A stretch of 64,000 nucleotides of DNA from contig OZ037767.1 in the NCBI GenBank assembly GCA_964035545.1, positions 23,700,628-23,764,627 of the forward strand, given 5' to 3'. Every line of letters starts with the position of its first letter. Positions within the stretch are counted from its first letter, which is position 1. Positions 1 to 12,676 of the stretch are shown here, in pieces. The position numbers were made by a program, and so were the translations under genes. The notes under the pieces were generated by a model. It was not told where the DNA came from. It saw only the letters and a list, made by a program, of their open reading frames with translations, and did no database searches. The DNA comes from Bugula neritina. Its lineage: Eukaryota > Animalia > Bryozoa.

Positions 1-680
1 TTGCTTTACTGGTAGAGTATAAAAATTGACATATGCAACAATAAAAGGAAAAGTGAGACTTCATGAGCAATAGGTTCAAAAAGCAAGTATAGGAAAATTT
101 CAAATAATAATTATAGTGATATAATAATTGCAAATATTATGGCATGACTGTGATATAATGCAGTGATACAACTGCAAATATGACTGCCATGCAATATAGT
201 AACAGGGTTACAAATATGACTCATTAATTATATAGTAATATACCTACAAGTATGACTGTCCATCACATAGTAATATAATTTCAAATATAAATGATTTACA
301 ATAAAATAATATAATTGCAAATATTCTTGGCCTATAAAGTAGTAAGCCGCCTTTTAATGTTCACAAAACTTGTATAGATAAAGTACGTAGTGGGATATAT
401 TTATACTAGTTCCAAGAGTTGTAAAACTAATAGCACATAATATTAGACTTAAGAGTAAACAGTAAACTAATTACAGCTAGTAACAGTTTGTTTTGAATAT
501 CTATGTTTATTATCTAGGAATATATGAAAGTGAATATGCCTTGAATGATGCATGTATAAGGATGTAAATTGAGGTAGAGGCAACAATGCACTGAAATACA
601 ATTTCAACTCATCACCGATGTAGAAGATATAGCAGGTAAAAATACAGCATTTGTAGAATTGGCTTTCATCTGTGCAATAT

Positions 681-876
681 AAAGGAGCGGCTGTGGTCTA
701 GGGGTCAGAGCATTTGCCTAGTAAGCACAGAGTCATGGGTTTGAGCCTTACAAAGGCCATCGGTGATGTTAGAAGGAGCATCCGGTTATAATTGCTGCTG
801 GGCCACATCCAAATAAGTCCTCTTCATCAGGGGTTTTCTCACAGGGATGGTGACTATAAACTTGCATGAGTTTTTT
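681..876 (+). mobile_element. tRNA-Thr(AGT)-derived SINE, copy 1
   Basis: tRNA-like head (TGGTCTAGGGG A-box-like, CTAGTAA anticodon loop), T-rich tail, and 10-bp TSD TGTGCAATAT at 671-680 and 877-886. Homologous to copies at 33280 and 53117. Confidence 0.9.
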
Positions 877-2318
877 TGTGCAATATTAACCTGTGGGAAA
901 GAGAAAGAGAGTGGTTAAGTATATCTTGTGGCAAGACTTTTGTGAGTTAGAGTCAGAAATCTTAATAAAATGAGACCTGACGGCGTCATGTTATGAACAC
1001 AATTTGTTGTTGGTTTTCTATAATGACATGACCAACAACAAAAGCTTGAGATATATGTGTAGAGTCGAAGTCTTTTTCTAGTATAGTGCCAAGTCTATTA
1101 GATAATTGTAACGTAAAAAGTCTGCTGCTTGAAAAATAAAGCAATTAGACTCTGAAGCCAAAAGGCAAACTAAAGTTATAAACTCAAGCTAAAAAGTAAT
1201 TTACGCCTGTGCAACTAAGAGATGTGTTTTATACAAGTGCTATATAAAGTTGCAATATGTCTCAATATTTAGCATGTTAAACAGGAAATCAGCAATGTGA
1301 CCCGTTTTTCTTTAGTTCTGACAGCCCACAGTTCACAAAAAAATGCATAACTCAGCAGAGTTATATTTGTAACATTTATTGGGAACGTTGCAACAACTCT
1401 AACAGTTTTGAGCAATATGAGCCAGTCTTATTTCATTTTCAAACCACATGTAAATTTAAATTATTTTATTATATGCCAATTTTTATTGACATGATTGATG
1501 GAAGTTTCCTTGTTTTGGATGCATGTCAATATTAAGTCGTTTAATTAAAGCAGTAGTTTTTAAAAGCATAGCAAAAATAAATTTTTTATGGTTTTATTAA
1601 TGTAACAGCGTAGGAGTCGTGTGTCCAGTTTAAAAGTAAAGGGTTTAAATGAAGAAATACTTGCTTTACTCATCTGTAATAGCTATACAGTAATAAACTT
1701 CAACTAAATTGAGGCCAAAACTTAGTCTACATAGAATACATGTAAAGAATTGTTATGCAGTACATACACACTGCATTCCCTTACGAGTCAGTTCCATGTA
1801 TGGGAATGCAGTGATTGAAACTGTAAAATGAATTTTGTTTTCATTAGCTGAGCTAGGCTGCAATATTTATTCATTACAAAAAAACTCTTTCTTTTTTTTT
1901 GCCTAATTTGGTCTAGTAGTCGATAGTCTCTTTTTTAGTTTGTTATAACTATCAGTCCTATTTTGTATTAAATTATGATGAAAGAATATATAAAACAAAC
2001 AATTGTCTCTAAAACCGGTATACATCATATGTGTAATTATGGCTTTGCTTTATTTCTTATATTTGGTTTATGTTTTTTGTCTGAGAAAGTGCAGCAATAG
2101 AAAAATTGAAAAAATATTGCAAAAGAAGCTACGGTTTTGCTGATGTTTAAAATTTAGTTTTTTGCAAAAGAGTTAATCATGAACAAGAATTTAATATTGC
2201 TAGTTACTTAGCAACTAGTCACATAGTCAGCAGTTATTAATTTTGTACATTTTTACTAGGCATTGAAATTATTGGTCTTCCAGTATCAAATTATGAAGTA
2301 TGAAATGAAAATACTTAC

Positions 2319-5300
2319 CCTAACAGCTTTAGGAGCGGAGTTCAGTTTGTGGTCTCCAAGTTGAGGCCGACACTGGATAAAAGAATCTAAAACCTTCTCT
2401 ATTTTGCATACGGCAGAGATGTCTGCTGAAAAATCTATCATTATGGCATAGTACTCATTGAGTATGCCTACATCTAGATTTTTTCCTCTCAATATCAACG
2501 GTTCCCCAGCAGTTAGTGAAATGGTTTCCATCTGCAAAAATTCATCAAAAGACAGGTTTAGCATGCTGCAGACATTAATAAAATGTGTTTCTACAAACAA
2601 GTACAACAGCTGTTGTCTGAAAACATGCAAAGTTATATTTTTTGCCAGCAACACTCTCACAAAATAGTATTATCATCAATTTAGTCTTACAAAGATCATT
2701 GGCGTCATAAAAAAGCGTCATCTGCTTGAAAATAGTAGTTTTATGTCTAAAATATCAGTGTTGAAAAATGCATGTATAGCACAATTTAAGTAATTGCCTA
2801 CGTACCATAGAATCATATTAGTTTTAACAGGTAGCATTACTGTCTAATAATGTATCCACCATCTAATAAATAACTACTTCTTATGCATTTCATATGTAGA
2901 GAAAAGAAATAGTGGATATGTCATTAATCTTTCAGCATCCTGTGACTGTTTATTCTAAGTCACTATATTTCTACACTTGTTAGTTTGTTAAAATAAATTA
3001 TAACACCATACTGAATTGGATTATTAGCATTATCAATTCTTAGTTTGTCATGTTTCCGTATTTAAAGAAAGTCTGTGACAGTAACTCAGGCTATAGCAAA
3101 CCATTTAAAGCTAATACATCATTATATTTTCGTTATAATAAAGTGTAGAGCTATTATCAGTGTACTGTTCCACTCTCATGTCTATCAATAGGGTGGAGTA
3201 CATTGCCAGCCCTACTCATACTTACTTCTATCTCTGGATCACTGTAGATGGTCAGGTTCAGATGCTCAGAGTTTTTCACAGGAATTCCATCACTTAACAG
3301 CTGAACAGGTAGATACCACGGGTTTGTTAAATTATCTTGTTTTGCTAAAACATCATAAGCATAATATGGGTAAAAACAAGTAATTTGGTATAAACCATGA
3401 AACACTTATTCAAGGGCACATTGCTTAAAAGATGTAAGAACAGAGCTACAGTGTTTTGATTATAGCACCCTTACTATATTTGTAATATAAAAAGTTGTCT
3501 GTATACAAAATAGAGTAACCCTTCTACAAACCGAAATACCCAAATAAGAATTATAAGTTCAAGCTAAGCAAATCCGGCAACTTTACACCTTATGGGTGCC
3601 ATAACAGGTTGTTGTGAAATTTCCTTTTCTGAAAAGCTTTAGTGCCTATAGGCTATAAGACAAAATACAAGCTTTTGGTAAAAGAATCGAATATTAGAGA
3701 GTTTTTGTCACATATCATTAGGTTGTTTGGCTTGTATTATATTACCAAACAATAGAACTATTAATGCTGGTAGACATTTTTCTGAGAAGCTTGGATAGCA
3801 GTAATACATGAAATTGACCACACCACGTAAAAAATTCAATTTCATACTAACATAATGACAATTATAGACAATATGGCAAGGTGCAACCCTATAATACAGG
3901 TCAGTGGTAAATAACTATATTATAATATTGTATTGATTACATATAAGAATATGTTGAAATTTGAAACTGTTTATAAGCTATAATTTATATCTGATGACAA
4001 GGAAAAGTCATATTTTACATGATAACTAAGGTATACCAGTACAAGAGGTTAATATAGTAATAGTTATAGAGATCAGTGAAAGGTGTAACAAACATAAAAT
4101 GCCATGATTACCTGTTATTTGGGTTATAGCACACCTCAATGTCCTACCATCATGGGAACATGCCTGTCAGATAAACAATACTGTTTCTATACCCTATGGC
4201 CTACATACGATAGTTCAGTGGCAAATGAGTATACTACAATGTTGTAGTAGTTAGACATAAAAATATGTTGAAATTTGAAACTGTTTATAAGCTACAATTT
4301 ATATCTGATGAACATAACAAGGAAAAGTCATATTTTACATGATAACTAAGGTATACCAGTATAAGAGGTTTAACAGTTTATTATGATTACTTCTATATGG
4401 TAAATATTAATCCTCTCACTCACAAATGTCTCTCCAAGTGTTGGGGCAAATAAAGTATAATTATTTGATGACTCAACATTCAGAATGTTAAACTCAGCAT
4501 CAAAACCTCCACTGAAAGAGATAACAATGAGTTAAGAAGGGCATGGCGACAAGCTATGCTCTAGAACTGCTTCATTTTAAAAATTACTGTTGATTGAACT
4601 AACATACAACTAGAATGAATAGTTGACATGGTACAATATACAAGTACTAGTGTATTGTAGAATGTTTAAACAAATCTCAGGCCATCTCATCACACACAAG
4701 ATATGAATCTACTGCAAAAATGTATGTTATAGAATATTTTATAATATTATCATAGCATAGTTTGTATGGCCTGAAATAATTCAGAGGTATGCGTGACATA
4801 TTGCTACAATTTTTCATGTGGTTCCAGGTGGGTAAAACTAGGGCTACGTGGAGTGAGTTTTCGCTTGAACTTTTAAGAAAAACTTAACACATGTTTCAAA
4901 ACAGGGCTGTCTGTGCGGATTTCATGCAATACAAATGCTGAACAAATACAGCAGAAAGTAATAATTAGGGACCTTAGCTTTCACGTTTCTGTTTTGCATT
5001 TTCCATTTAATCAATTGAAAATGATTGAGAATAGCGAGTGAGATTTCAAAATGAAACAACGGTAAAACCATCGGCAGTGTGTTGTGTGTGGCAGGTAACT
5101 CTCGTAGCAGATTCTCACTGCATACAGCTTCTCATGGTAAATTGTACTTCATCATTCATTTAAACCTATTTTATTGCAGCATGATGCAGATAAATTTATA
5201 TTTATATGCAGCATACCTGGCGAAGGTGGTTGACCGAAATGGATAGTTCAAGGCAGGATCTTTTCCATATATAAAGTCGTACTTTGCTGTGACATTTTCT

Positions 5301-8300
5301 GATAGTTTTATTATTAACTGGACTTTACCTTCTTTTGTTTGATTGGGCATTTTAAAGGACAGTTTTTGTGGTCTGTAAATTAATACAGGCATCAAGACAT
5401 ATGTACACTATGCATGTCGTCACACCACTACTAATTATATATTATGCAATAAGTTAATATCAGTTTATACAGTGAGATTTTTATATATTATGGTCATTTC
5501 ACCATCAGCATTTAAGCAATACTGACTGAGTTAGTTTATTTATTCATATTAAATAGTAAATTAAATCTAACAAAACATACTTTATATTGTATTCTACAGG
5601 GGACAAAACTCCGTCTGAATTCTTCACATACACTTCTACACCAGCACTTGGTATAAGACCAACAGCAGTAACCAGAGTTCCTCCAGAGAGCTGACCAAAT
5701 TTAGGGGACAAGTTGTGTATGTCCGATTGAGATTTCACCTGATGCAAATTGATATACATATGCATATGCTATAATTGAAACATTCATGCCACCTACAACA
5801 CAATTGTAGCATAAAAAATATCATTAACATAAATACAAAAAAATAATAGAGTTAACTAAGTTTACCAGATGTCATTGATTTGGTGACAAAAAACTGTTGC
5901 TGACCTTAACACAATGTGGTGAAGATTGGCTCCACGTTGAGTTTTCTAAGCATTGCAGAGTGTCTGTACTTGAGTTCAAGGCCATTCCTGGAGGACAGCT
6001 TAAGACGATAGTGTCAAATTGGTAGAAATACATATATGGTTTGTTGATCATTTCAAATCCTGTTGGAGCTTTAAATTCACACTGGCTAACTAAAATTTAA
6101 AACACAGCTTAAAGCTGTCTAGTGAAAACTTCAGATACCTCCAATAAACAAAACAATGCCATAACTAGTGAAAATAACTAAGGGTACAATGCAAGAATGA
6201 AAACATAGTAAAACTACTTCATGCATAAAAGTTATTACCAACATTTAAATACTTGTAATTCATGTACCTCTGTAGTTGTGCTTACCATATGTGTTCATAT
6301 GAAAAATTGAACTGGAGGTGTTAAATCTATAGCTACTGTATTTCACATTAGTTAATCCTGCAATGTAAATCTGTCTGTCTCTGGTCACCAATAGAGAGGT
6401 TGGAGCATTCAACTTGCATGTGCCAGGAGGTCCAGTTACTGTCTGGTTGTTCTTTTCGGAACCTGGAATAACAAGTGTCATCTCTGTTAAGATCATGAGC
6501 AATAAACTTGTTAAATATAACAAACTTGTTTATATTACAAGGGAGGCAAATAAAAATCATCAAAACTAACATACCAATGCATGTTGAATAGATTTCTTTT
6601 TCATCTAAATCAATGAATATCAATTCTTCATTTAAACGAGTTCCTATAGTAACCATCAAGCGATCTGGTACCAACCAGTGAATTGTCTCAATGTATCCAA
6701 TCACCGCAGTATCAAAAGAGCCAGGTGAAAAAGCAATATTATGTACATTATTAGCACTACTAGAAACTTCTCCAGTTATTAATGTTACTTCAAGGGTGCT
6801 CAAGTCAACCCGTGACAAACCGTAGCTGTGTGCAACATATATTGCACTTTCGTCACTTGTAGGTAATATGTCGCGAGGGTTAGGTAGTGAATCTGAAAGT
6901 TGGTCTCCTAGCAGTCTGATAGTTTTTTTCTCAAAGCTATAGCGAGTGATTAGCTGGTAGCCATGATCCATCACTATTAAGTAGTTTTGCGATTTAATCA
7001 TCACAATTTTTAGGGGACCAGAGAGGAAGTGAGTGTTTGCCAGAATTTCCTGGCCAGGTAAGATTTCTCTAGCTTGAAATAATGTACCTTCACAACTTCC
7101 GATGAATTCGGTGATTTCGTCTGTGACCATATCGTATTGACGAATGCAATTGTTTAGGTAGTCTGCCACTAGCATTATAGTATCATTTACTTGTGCTACA
7201 CTTCCAAGGAGGGCAAACTCGGCTGTGGATGAGTTGCCAGCTTTATATCGAACATCGTAAGGCCCCATACCTTCGTAGTCCTTTCCTAGCACATGCTGGA
7301 CAGGCTCTCCCGGAACATACTTTAAGAGTAGATGTCCAGAATTATAATAAAACTCGCCATCATTGTATTCATCTTCAATCATAAAGTCAATCGGCCTCCG
7401 AGGCAAACCATTAAGGTTGTACTCGACTTCTTTCAAGCTGTCAACAGATACTTGGATAGTGCAATGTGGACACAAAACATTAGAATTAGGCTTGCTAGTT
7501 GTCATAAGCATTTCTTCGGCCTTTAAGGTTGTTGAAGCTATTATTTGTCTTGAGTTGACTTGGCTAATATTCACTTTTATTTCATACAACGAGCTTGGAG
7601 AAAGAAAAGTATACTCTCCTTCGGTTACAGCTGCTACATATACTGAACCATTTGAAAATGTAGCTGCAGTTGGCTTATGGAATCTGCAAGAAGCCTGAGG
7701 CCCAGTCAAAGAGCTGTTAAATCGGTCATCTCCTAAAAATCAAATAGCATAACTGTGAGTAAAATACAAAAACTTGTGTTTTAGACAAGAAATCAAGCAA
7801 AAAAGTTAGGTTTTCAAAGAATTCTCAATGTGGACACCAAGTCATAACTCATAGACACAATTAAAGAATTAGGATTATTGAATTTTGTTATTATTGCACC
7901 TAAACGGAATAAAACTTTATTGATTTGGTTACAACTTGCACATTGCTAGAAACTAATATAAAGTATATCTTCTATAATAATACTAAAAAAAACACATTTT
8001 TGGTATTATTTTAAAATTATTAACAAAAATACTTTATGCAAAGAATAAGCAGCATCACAACCTGTGCAACTGCCCATGGTTTGGTTTAGAATCAAATCTA
8101 ATACAATCAAGGTATTGAGGGTATCGCTGACGCCAAATAAGATTTCATTTTCTTTAAGCCAAGTTAAAGAGCTGAGACGTCCAAACGTGGTGCTGTGAAA
8201 AGGACCAGTTGATAAAACAGCTGGTGGATCAGTACTCAGAGAAACTTTTGCTTCTCCTACAAGAAGCTGCACTGCTCGCGTTTCTAGATCAACTCTGGAG

Positions 8301-9879
8301 AGTCCGTTGGCATGACTGACATAAATATACTTTTTATCAGAGCTGAGCAGTAGAGATGTGGGTGAAGGCAATGACTTATCATTGGAGTTTAGAAGCAGTT
8401 TTACAAGGCCTGTGTTGAGATCGTATGTTGTTACTTGCCCATAACCGTGGTCACACAAGATGAAGTAGTTGGCAGATTCTACAAGCTCGATGTCTAGAGC
8501 ACCACTTATGAAATTTGAGTCACCAGCAATGGCTACTCCTGGTTGAAGACTGCTAACAGATGTGCTATAGTGTTCAGCACAAGCACCAATGAGAGGGGTA
8601 AACATGTCAGTCTCGGAGTCGTACTCTCTCACACAGTTATTCAAATAGTCACTCAGTGCATACTTTGTCCTATTATATTGCACCATATCTGTGATCACAG
8701 AAAATTCAGCCACTGAAGAATTTCCAGTTTGATATCTGTATAACAGTTGTTGATCCGGCTGACCAAGAAACAGTCCCATAGGCTCTCCAGGTGTGTGCTT
8801 CAGTATAAACCCCAAATACATTAGAAAGTATGAGCCAGGTTGATATTTATCTTCTTGAATTTTTATAACGGCCCTGCTTTCAAATTGGCCATAATCAAAA
8901 GAAGAAAGACTTAGGTCACTGAAACCATAATATGTCTCCAGCAAATCAGCATCTGATTGACTACAAATATAAGAGTAAAGCTTGTATTATAGTATTGTAT
9001 AATCAATAATATGGTCAACAGGTAACAACAGCAGTAATAGACAAGACAATTTAGCCTAACTCAAAGAAGCTCAGTTTGTCACTATGGGTGTGTTGGGCTG
9101 GATTTTTCCTTATGTCCTACCATGCATGTTTATAAATAATCATAAGCAGTTACAATTAGATGAAAGATAAGATCATTTTGTTAGCTATTTGTTTGTCCAA
9201 CGGCTTTTACTGCATGATCATGACTATTCTAATTTCAAAATATAGTTACAAAACATTAGTCTGTCCTAGGTATTATACCTACATGCAAATGAGTAATATC
9301 ACCATACTTTTTTTATTACGAAATACCAGGAAATACCAGTAATTTATGGCAATAGTTTGAAATTGCGCCACTTCACTTCCCCAAGTTGATATATAATAAT
9401 GAATAATGAATTACATGTGAGTTGGCATAATACATTGATGACTTACACAATAAACAATTGGCTAGACTATGTATCACATATAGAAGGTAAGAACTTGCCT
9501 CAATTCTTTTTAAATTAAAGTAACAATGTTTTAACTTTCAATTTTTATGTAGAATATGCACAGTCTTGCCTTTTGATAATCAACTGAGTCAAAAAGCAGA
9601 GCTTAAGTTAAGTTAACGTTGAGAAAGGTAATCATATCGGCTGGACTAAGACTCATGAGCAATCACAATAGTTATAACTGACATAGAGAATTTATAAGCT
9701 TGTTGTGTAATAAGCAATCTCCAGCCACCCGTGTGGGTGAAAGGTGACCAAAGGTGACCATGTAATAAGCAATCGGTAATCTTACTATATACGTATTTTC
9801 CAATGACCTACCTGGCAGAGACTGTAGTAGATAACAACACACCAGATGTGAACCATAGCAGCAGAGAGGGCAGCATCAT
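2319..9879 (-). CDS. Secreted or cell-surface protein: signal peptide + 2 tandem NHL-like beta-propeller modules + Sushi/CCP + ~3 IPT/TIG domains (plexin/MET-like stalk); 3' end unresolved
   Basis: Phase-consistent GT-AG exon chain (1091 codons): 9879-9812 (MMLPSLLLWFTSGVLLSTTVSA, signal peptide), 8960-8062, 7732-6575, 6462-6286, 6089-5905 (Sushi: CEFKAP..LSCPPG..LQCLENSTWSQSSPHC), 5738-5581 (IPT: IHNLSPKFGQLSGGTLVT), 5372-5217, 4511-4424, 4163-4112, 3344-3226, 2531-2319 (PLILRGKNL..CKIEKV..IQCRP). Probable next exon starts at 890. Confidence 0.8.
3948..4372. repeat. ~105-bp direct duplication (about 3948-4052 and 4262-4372) flanking a 52-nt exon
   Basis: AATATGTTGAAATTTGAAACTGTTTATAAGCTA...GGTATACCAGTAYAAGAGGTT occurs twice; the second copy has a ~7-nt insertion. 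Confidence 0.9.
6575..7732 (-). CDS. Exon encoding the end of module 1 and NHL-like propeller module 2
   Basis: Long ORF 6348..7709; clearly paralogous to the previous exon (GNSSTAEF, VADYLNNCIRQYD, DHGY, LPNP..IYVAHSYGLSRVDL). Confidence 0.85.
8062..8960 (-). CDS. Exon encoding NHL-like propeller module 1
   Basis: Long ORF 8006..8944 with motifs GNSSVAEF, LSDYLNNCVREYD, DHGY, LPSP..IYVSHANGLSRVDL. Acceptor at 8961-8962; weak GTTGTG donor at 8061. Confidence 0.85.
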
Positions 9880-12676
9880 GGTAACTTCCTGGCTATCAGG
9901 TTTCTATCACCCTTACAGAATGTCTGTAAAACACAATCTAAGAGTTAGGCATCCAGTAAAGCCATATATACAAAATTAAGTTTACTGCTAGTGCTACTTC
10001 GCAAACTACAAAACCTGTAACCAAATTTCTTAAAAAATATTTTAAAAGAATCATTTAAACAATATATGCTTTTAGGAGTTTGTAAAATTGCATATACTTT
10101 TGATGAGCATAGAAGCCTGTGTTTATAGCAACTCGTGCTAAACTGATGAAATATTGTGTTAAAACTAATGAAACACATAAGAACAAGCATCATTCATGCT
10201 CCATTTGATTTGTCTTATTAGAAGCGCCCCCCCCCCCCCCCTATTTTTTTCTTCACTTATTATTTGTACAGTATTGTACATTACATTTCATACACTATAA
10301 TATATGCAGCTTATACAATGTACTTTACACATTGAAAAAGCAACATGTTGGTAATTTGAGTCTAGCTGCATATGGTATAACCAGGTTATGGTTCACCAAT
10401 TCCAATTAATTAGCAGAATGAAACAGCTTTACGCAAATAGCTTTAATCTGACACTCTGCTGGGTGACATAATAACAATCTTTCAGTAGATCACAAAAAAT
10501 TAAAAAATAGAAACATCTTTTTTAATGAATAGTTATATGGGCTAGCTCCCAACTGAAATCAAATAGCCATAGGCATGGTCACGTGGCAGTGCGATAGCAT
10601 TGAGAATCTGCCCACTTCTGCTTACTGTACCAACTTAAACAACTACTTACCACTAGATTTTTCCACCTTCTGAACTGATAAGCAATTTGTTCTACTAGTC
10701 AGCTAGAACATGTGAAAGCTGAAATAAGCCTCTGTTAATACTCTGGCAGTGAAGCTTTGATGACTACCTGCACTATACTGTTGTCAACTTTGCAGAGTCT
10801 TCTGTAATATGCATAACCCGTTTCCTGAATAAATTACTCTGTGATTCAAATCATGACACGATTATAAAACTGTACATTACAGTAGTGTGATGGCGTGCCC
10901 ACTGAAGCGGAACCGTGCCACTGAATGATATATCCAGATTTGCAGGAAACAACGCACGTCAAAACATGGTCAAAATAGTACTATATACAAGTCATAACTT
11001 TGACTCTGGTGTACAATACACATCATTCTACACACACCTATTATGTATATTATGCTAAGAATTGGTAGCATGCAACATCCAGCACACACTGCATATACAG
11101 TTTGGTTGACAGTTTTATTTTCGAAAACTGTTAAACAAATTAGCACCCACCTTCACTAATAAGGTATTAGCTCTAACTACAACTTTTGAGTCATGCTAAT
11201 TTTTTAGAAAAAAACAAAGCTTTGGATTGGGACTTATATAACCAAAATAGTAACTTGTGAACTGTATTTAATTAATATTGACATCATATTGACAGCAGAT
11301 TTGTCATGCATGCGTACCAATAAATAAGGCAAATCATATCACAGAAAAAGTATTATAGTTGTAACAAATGAAAGTATACTTTATTTACTTCATTGCAAAA
11401 GCCTATTGCATTTATTTTGCAACCAAATACCCAATCTCCAACTTAATAATAAAAACTTAGACTTTTAAATTAAATGTAAAGGAAGTAACGCTGGTAAGAC
11501 ACGCTTAGAATCACAGTATCTGAGAATTTTAATCGGCCTCTGACGGTTTTTAGATGAGTTATGAATTTTGAATTTAAACCAATGAGCTTGAGGAGCTTTA
11601 AGATAAATACTATTATAAAATGCTCTTCCTAACATAACCTCTAGCCTTACTACTGGGCTTCATGCCCGAGTCTAGCACCTGTGTCAAGCTACCTCAGTGC
11701 CTCTATTCGTTTACTGTTGAGTTTGTTAAACTTTATTTAATATAGCACAATGCTAAGATTTAGAAATTCAGAGTTTGTAAGTCAATGGCAATATTACAGA
11801 GCTGTCTTCTCAAAAGTGACAACCTCTCGATTTATTTAAGTACAGCCATGTCAAAGCAATGATCTTGATGTAAGTCTTGCAACAGACTAAATAACACTAT
11901 GATACCTAAAACAAAACTCGGAATCAAAAAATCAAGCTGGATTCATTTTAAAAGATTGAGACAATAAAATTTATTTAAAGTTTTATTTTAAGCACTTTCA
12001 ATAGCAGACCTTATTGCGCAACCATCTGGTTAACCAGGGTGTTTTGGCAAAATGCTTGAATTAGTTTAGTTCCGTAAATTATTGCAATAAGTTCTAAATT
12101 CTTCACTGCACCTCACATCACTGCAAGTGTGTTTCAGCCATTTGTATTATAATCTGTGCTGTATAAGCTTTTCGAAAGTTTACATATAATACATTAGTCA
12201 TATAATAAATTATATTTCATTCTCATAGGACTATTTTAATATTATATTTGATATTTTATATTTTATTTCGTTTTTTATAATAAATGTTGTATACATATCT
12301 ATAAATTTACATTTTGTTTTATTTTCTTATTATAAAATAACTCTTTTTCCATCAGCAAAAAAAGTAATTATGCATTTTTACACCATATTATATCTGTATT
12401 GAATAACTATTTACAACAACTAACAATAATGAAAACCAAAATAGAAAGTTTAAACAAATAAGCAACTTTTTATTACCAATTTCAATACTAATTTCACAAT
12501 GAAAAAAGGTGTATAAATAGACAATATATTAACTATATCAAAACTTGACTTTCATTTGAAACAAGATCAATACAACTTCAAAACATTAGGAATCAATGTT
12601 ATAAATCACATTTATCATATTCTACTTAGAGAAATCTGTATAAAAAAACTCTGGAAAGTTACTGAATTTCTAACAT

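Noticed and set aside
7193-7698. Plus-strand ORFs overlapping the propeller exons
   Set aside because: Antisense shadows of the real minus-strand coding exon.
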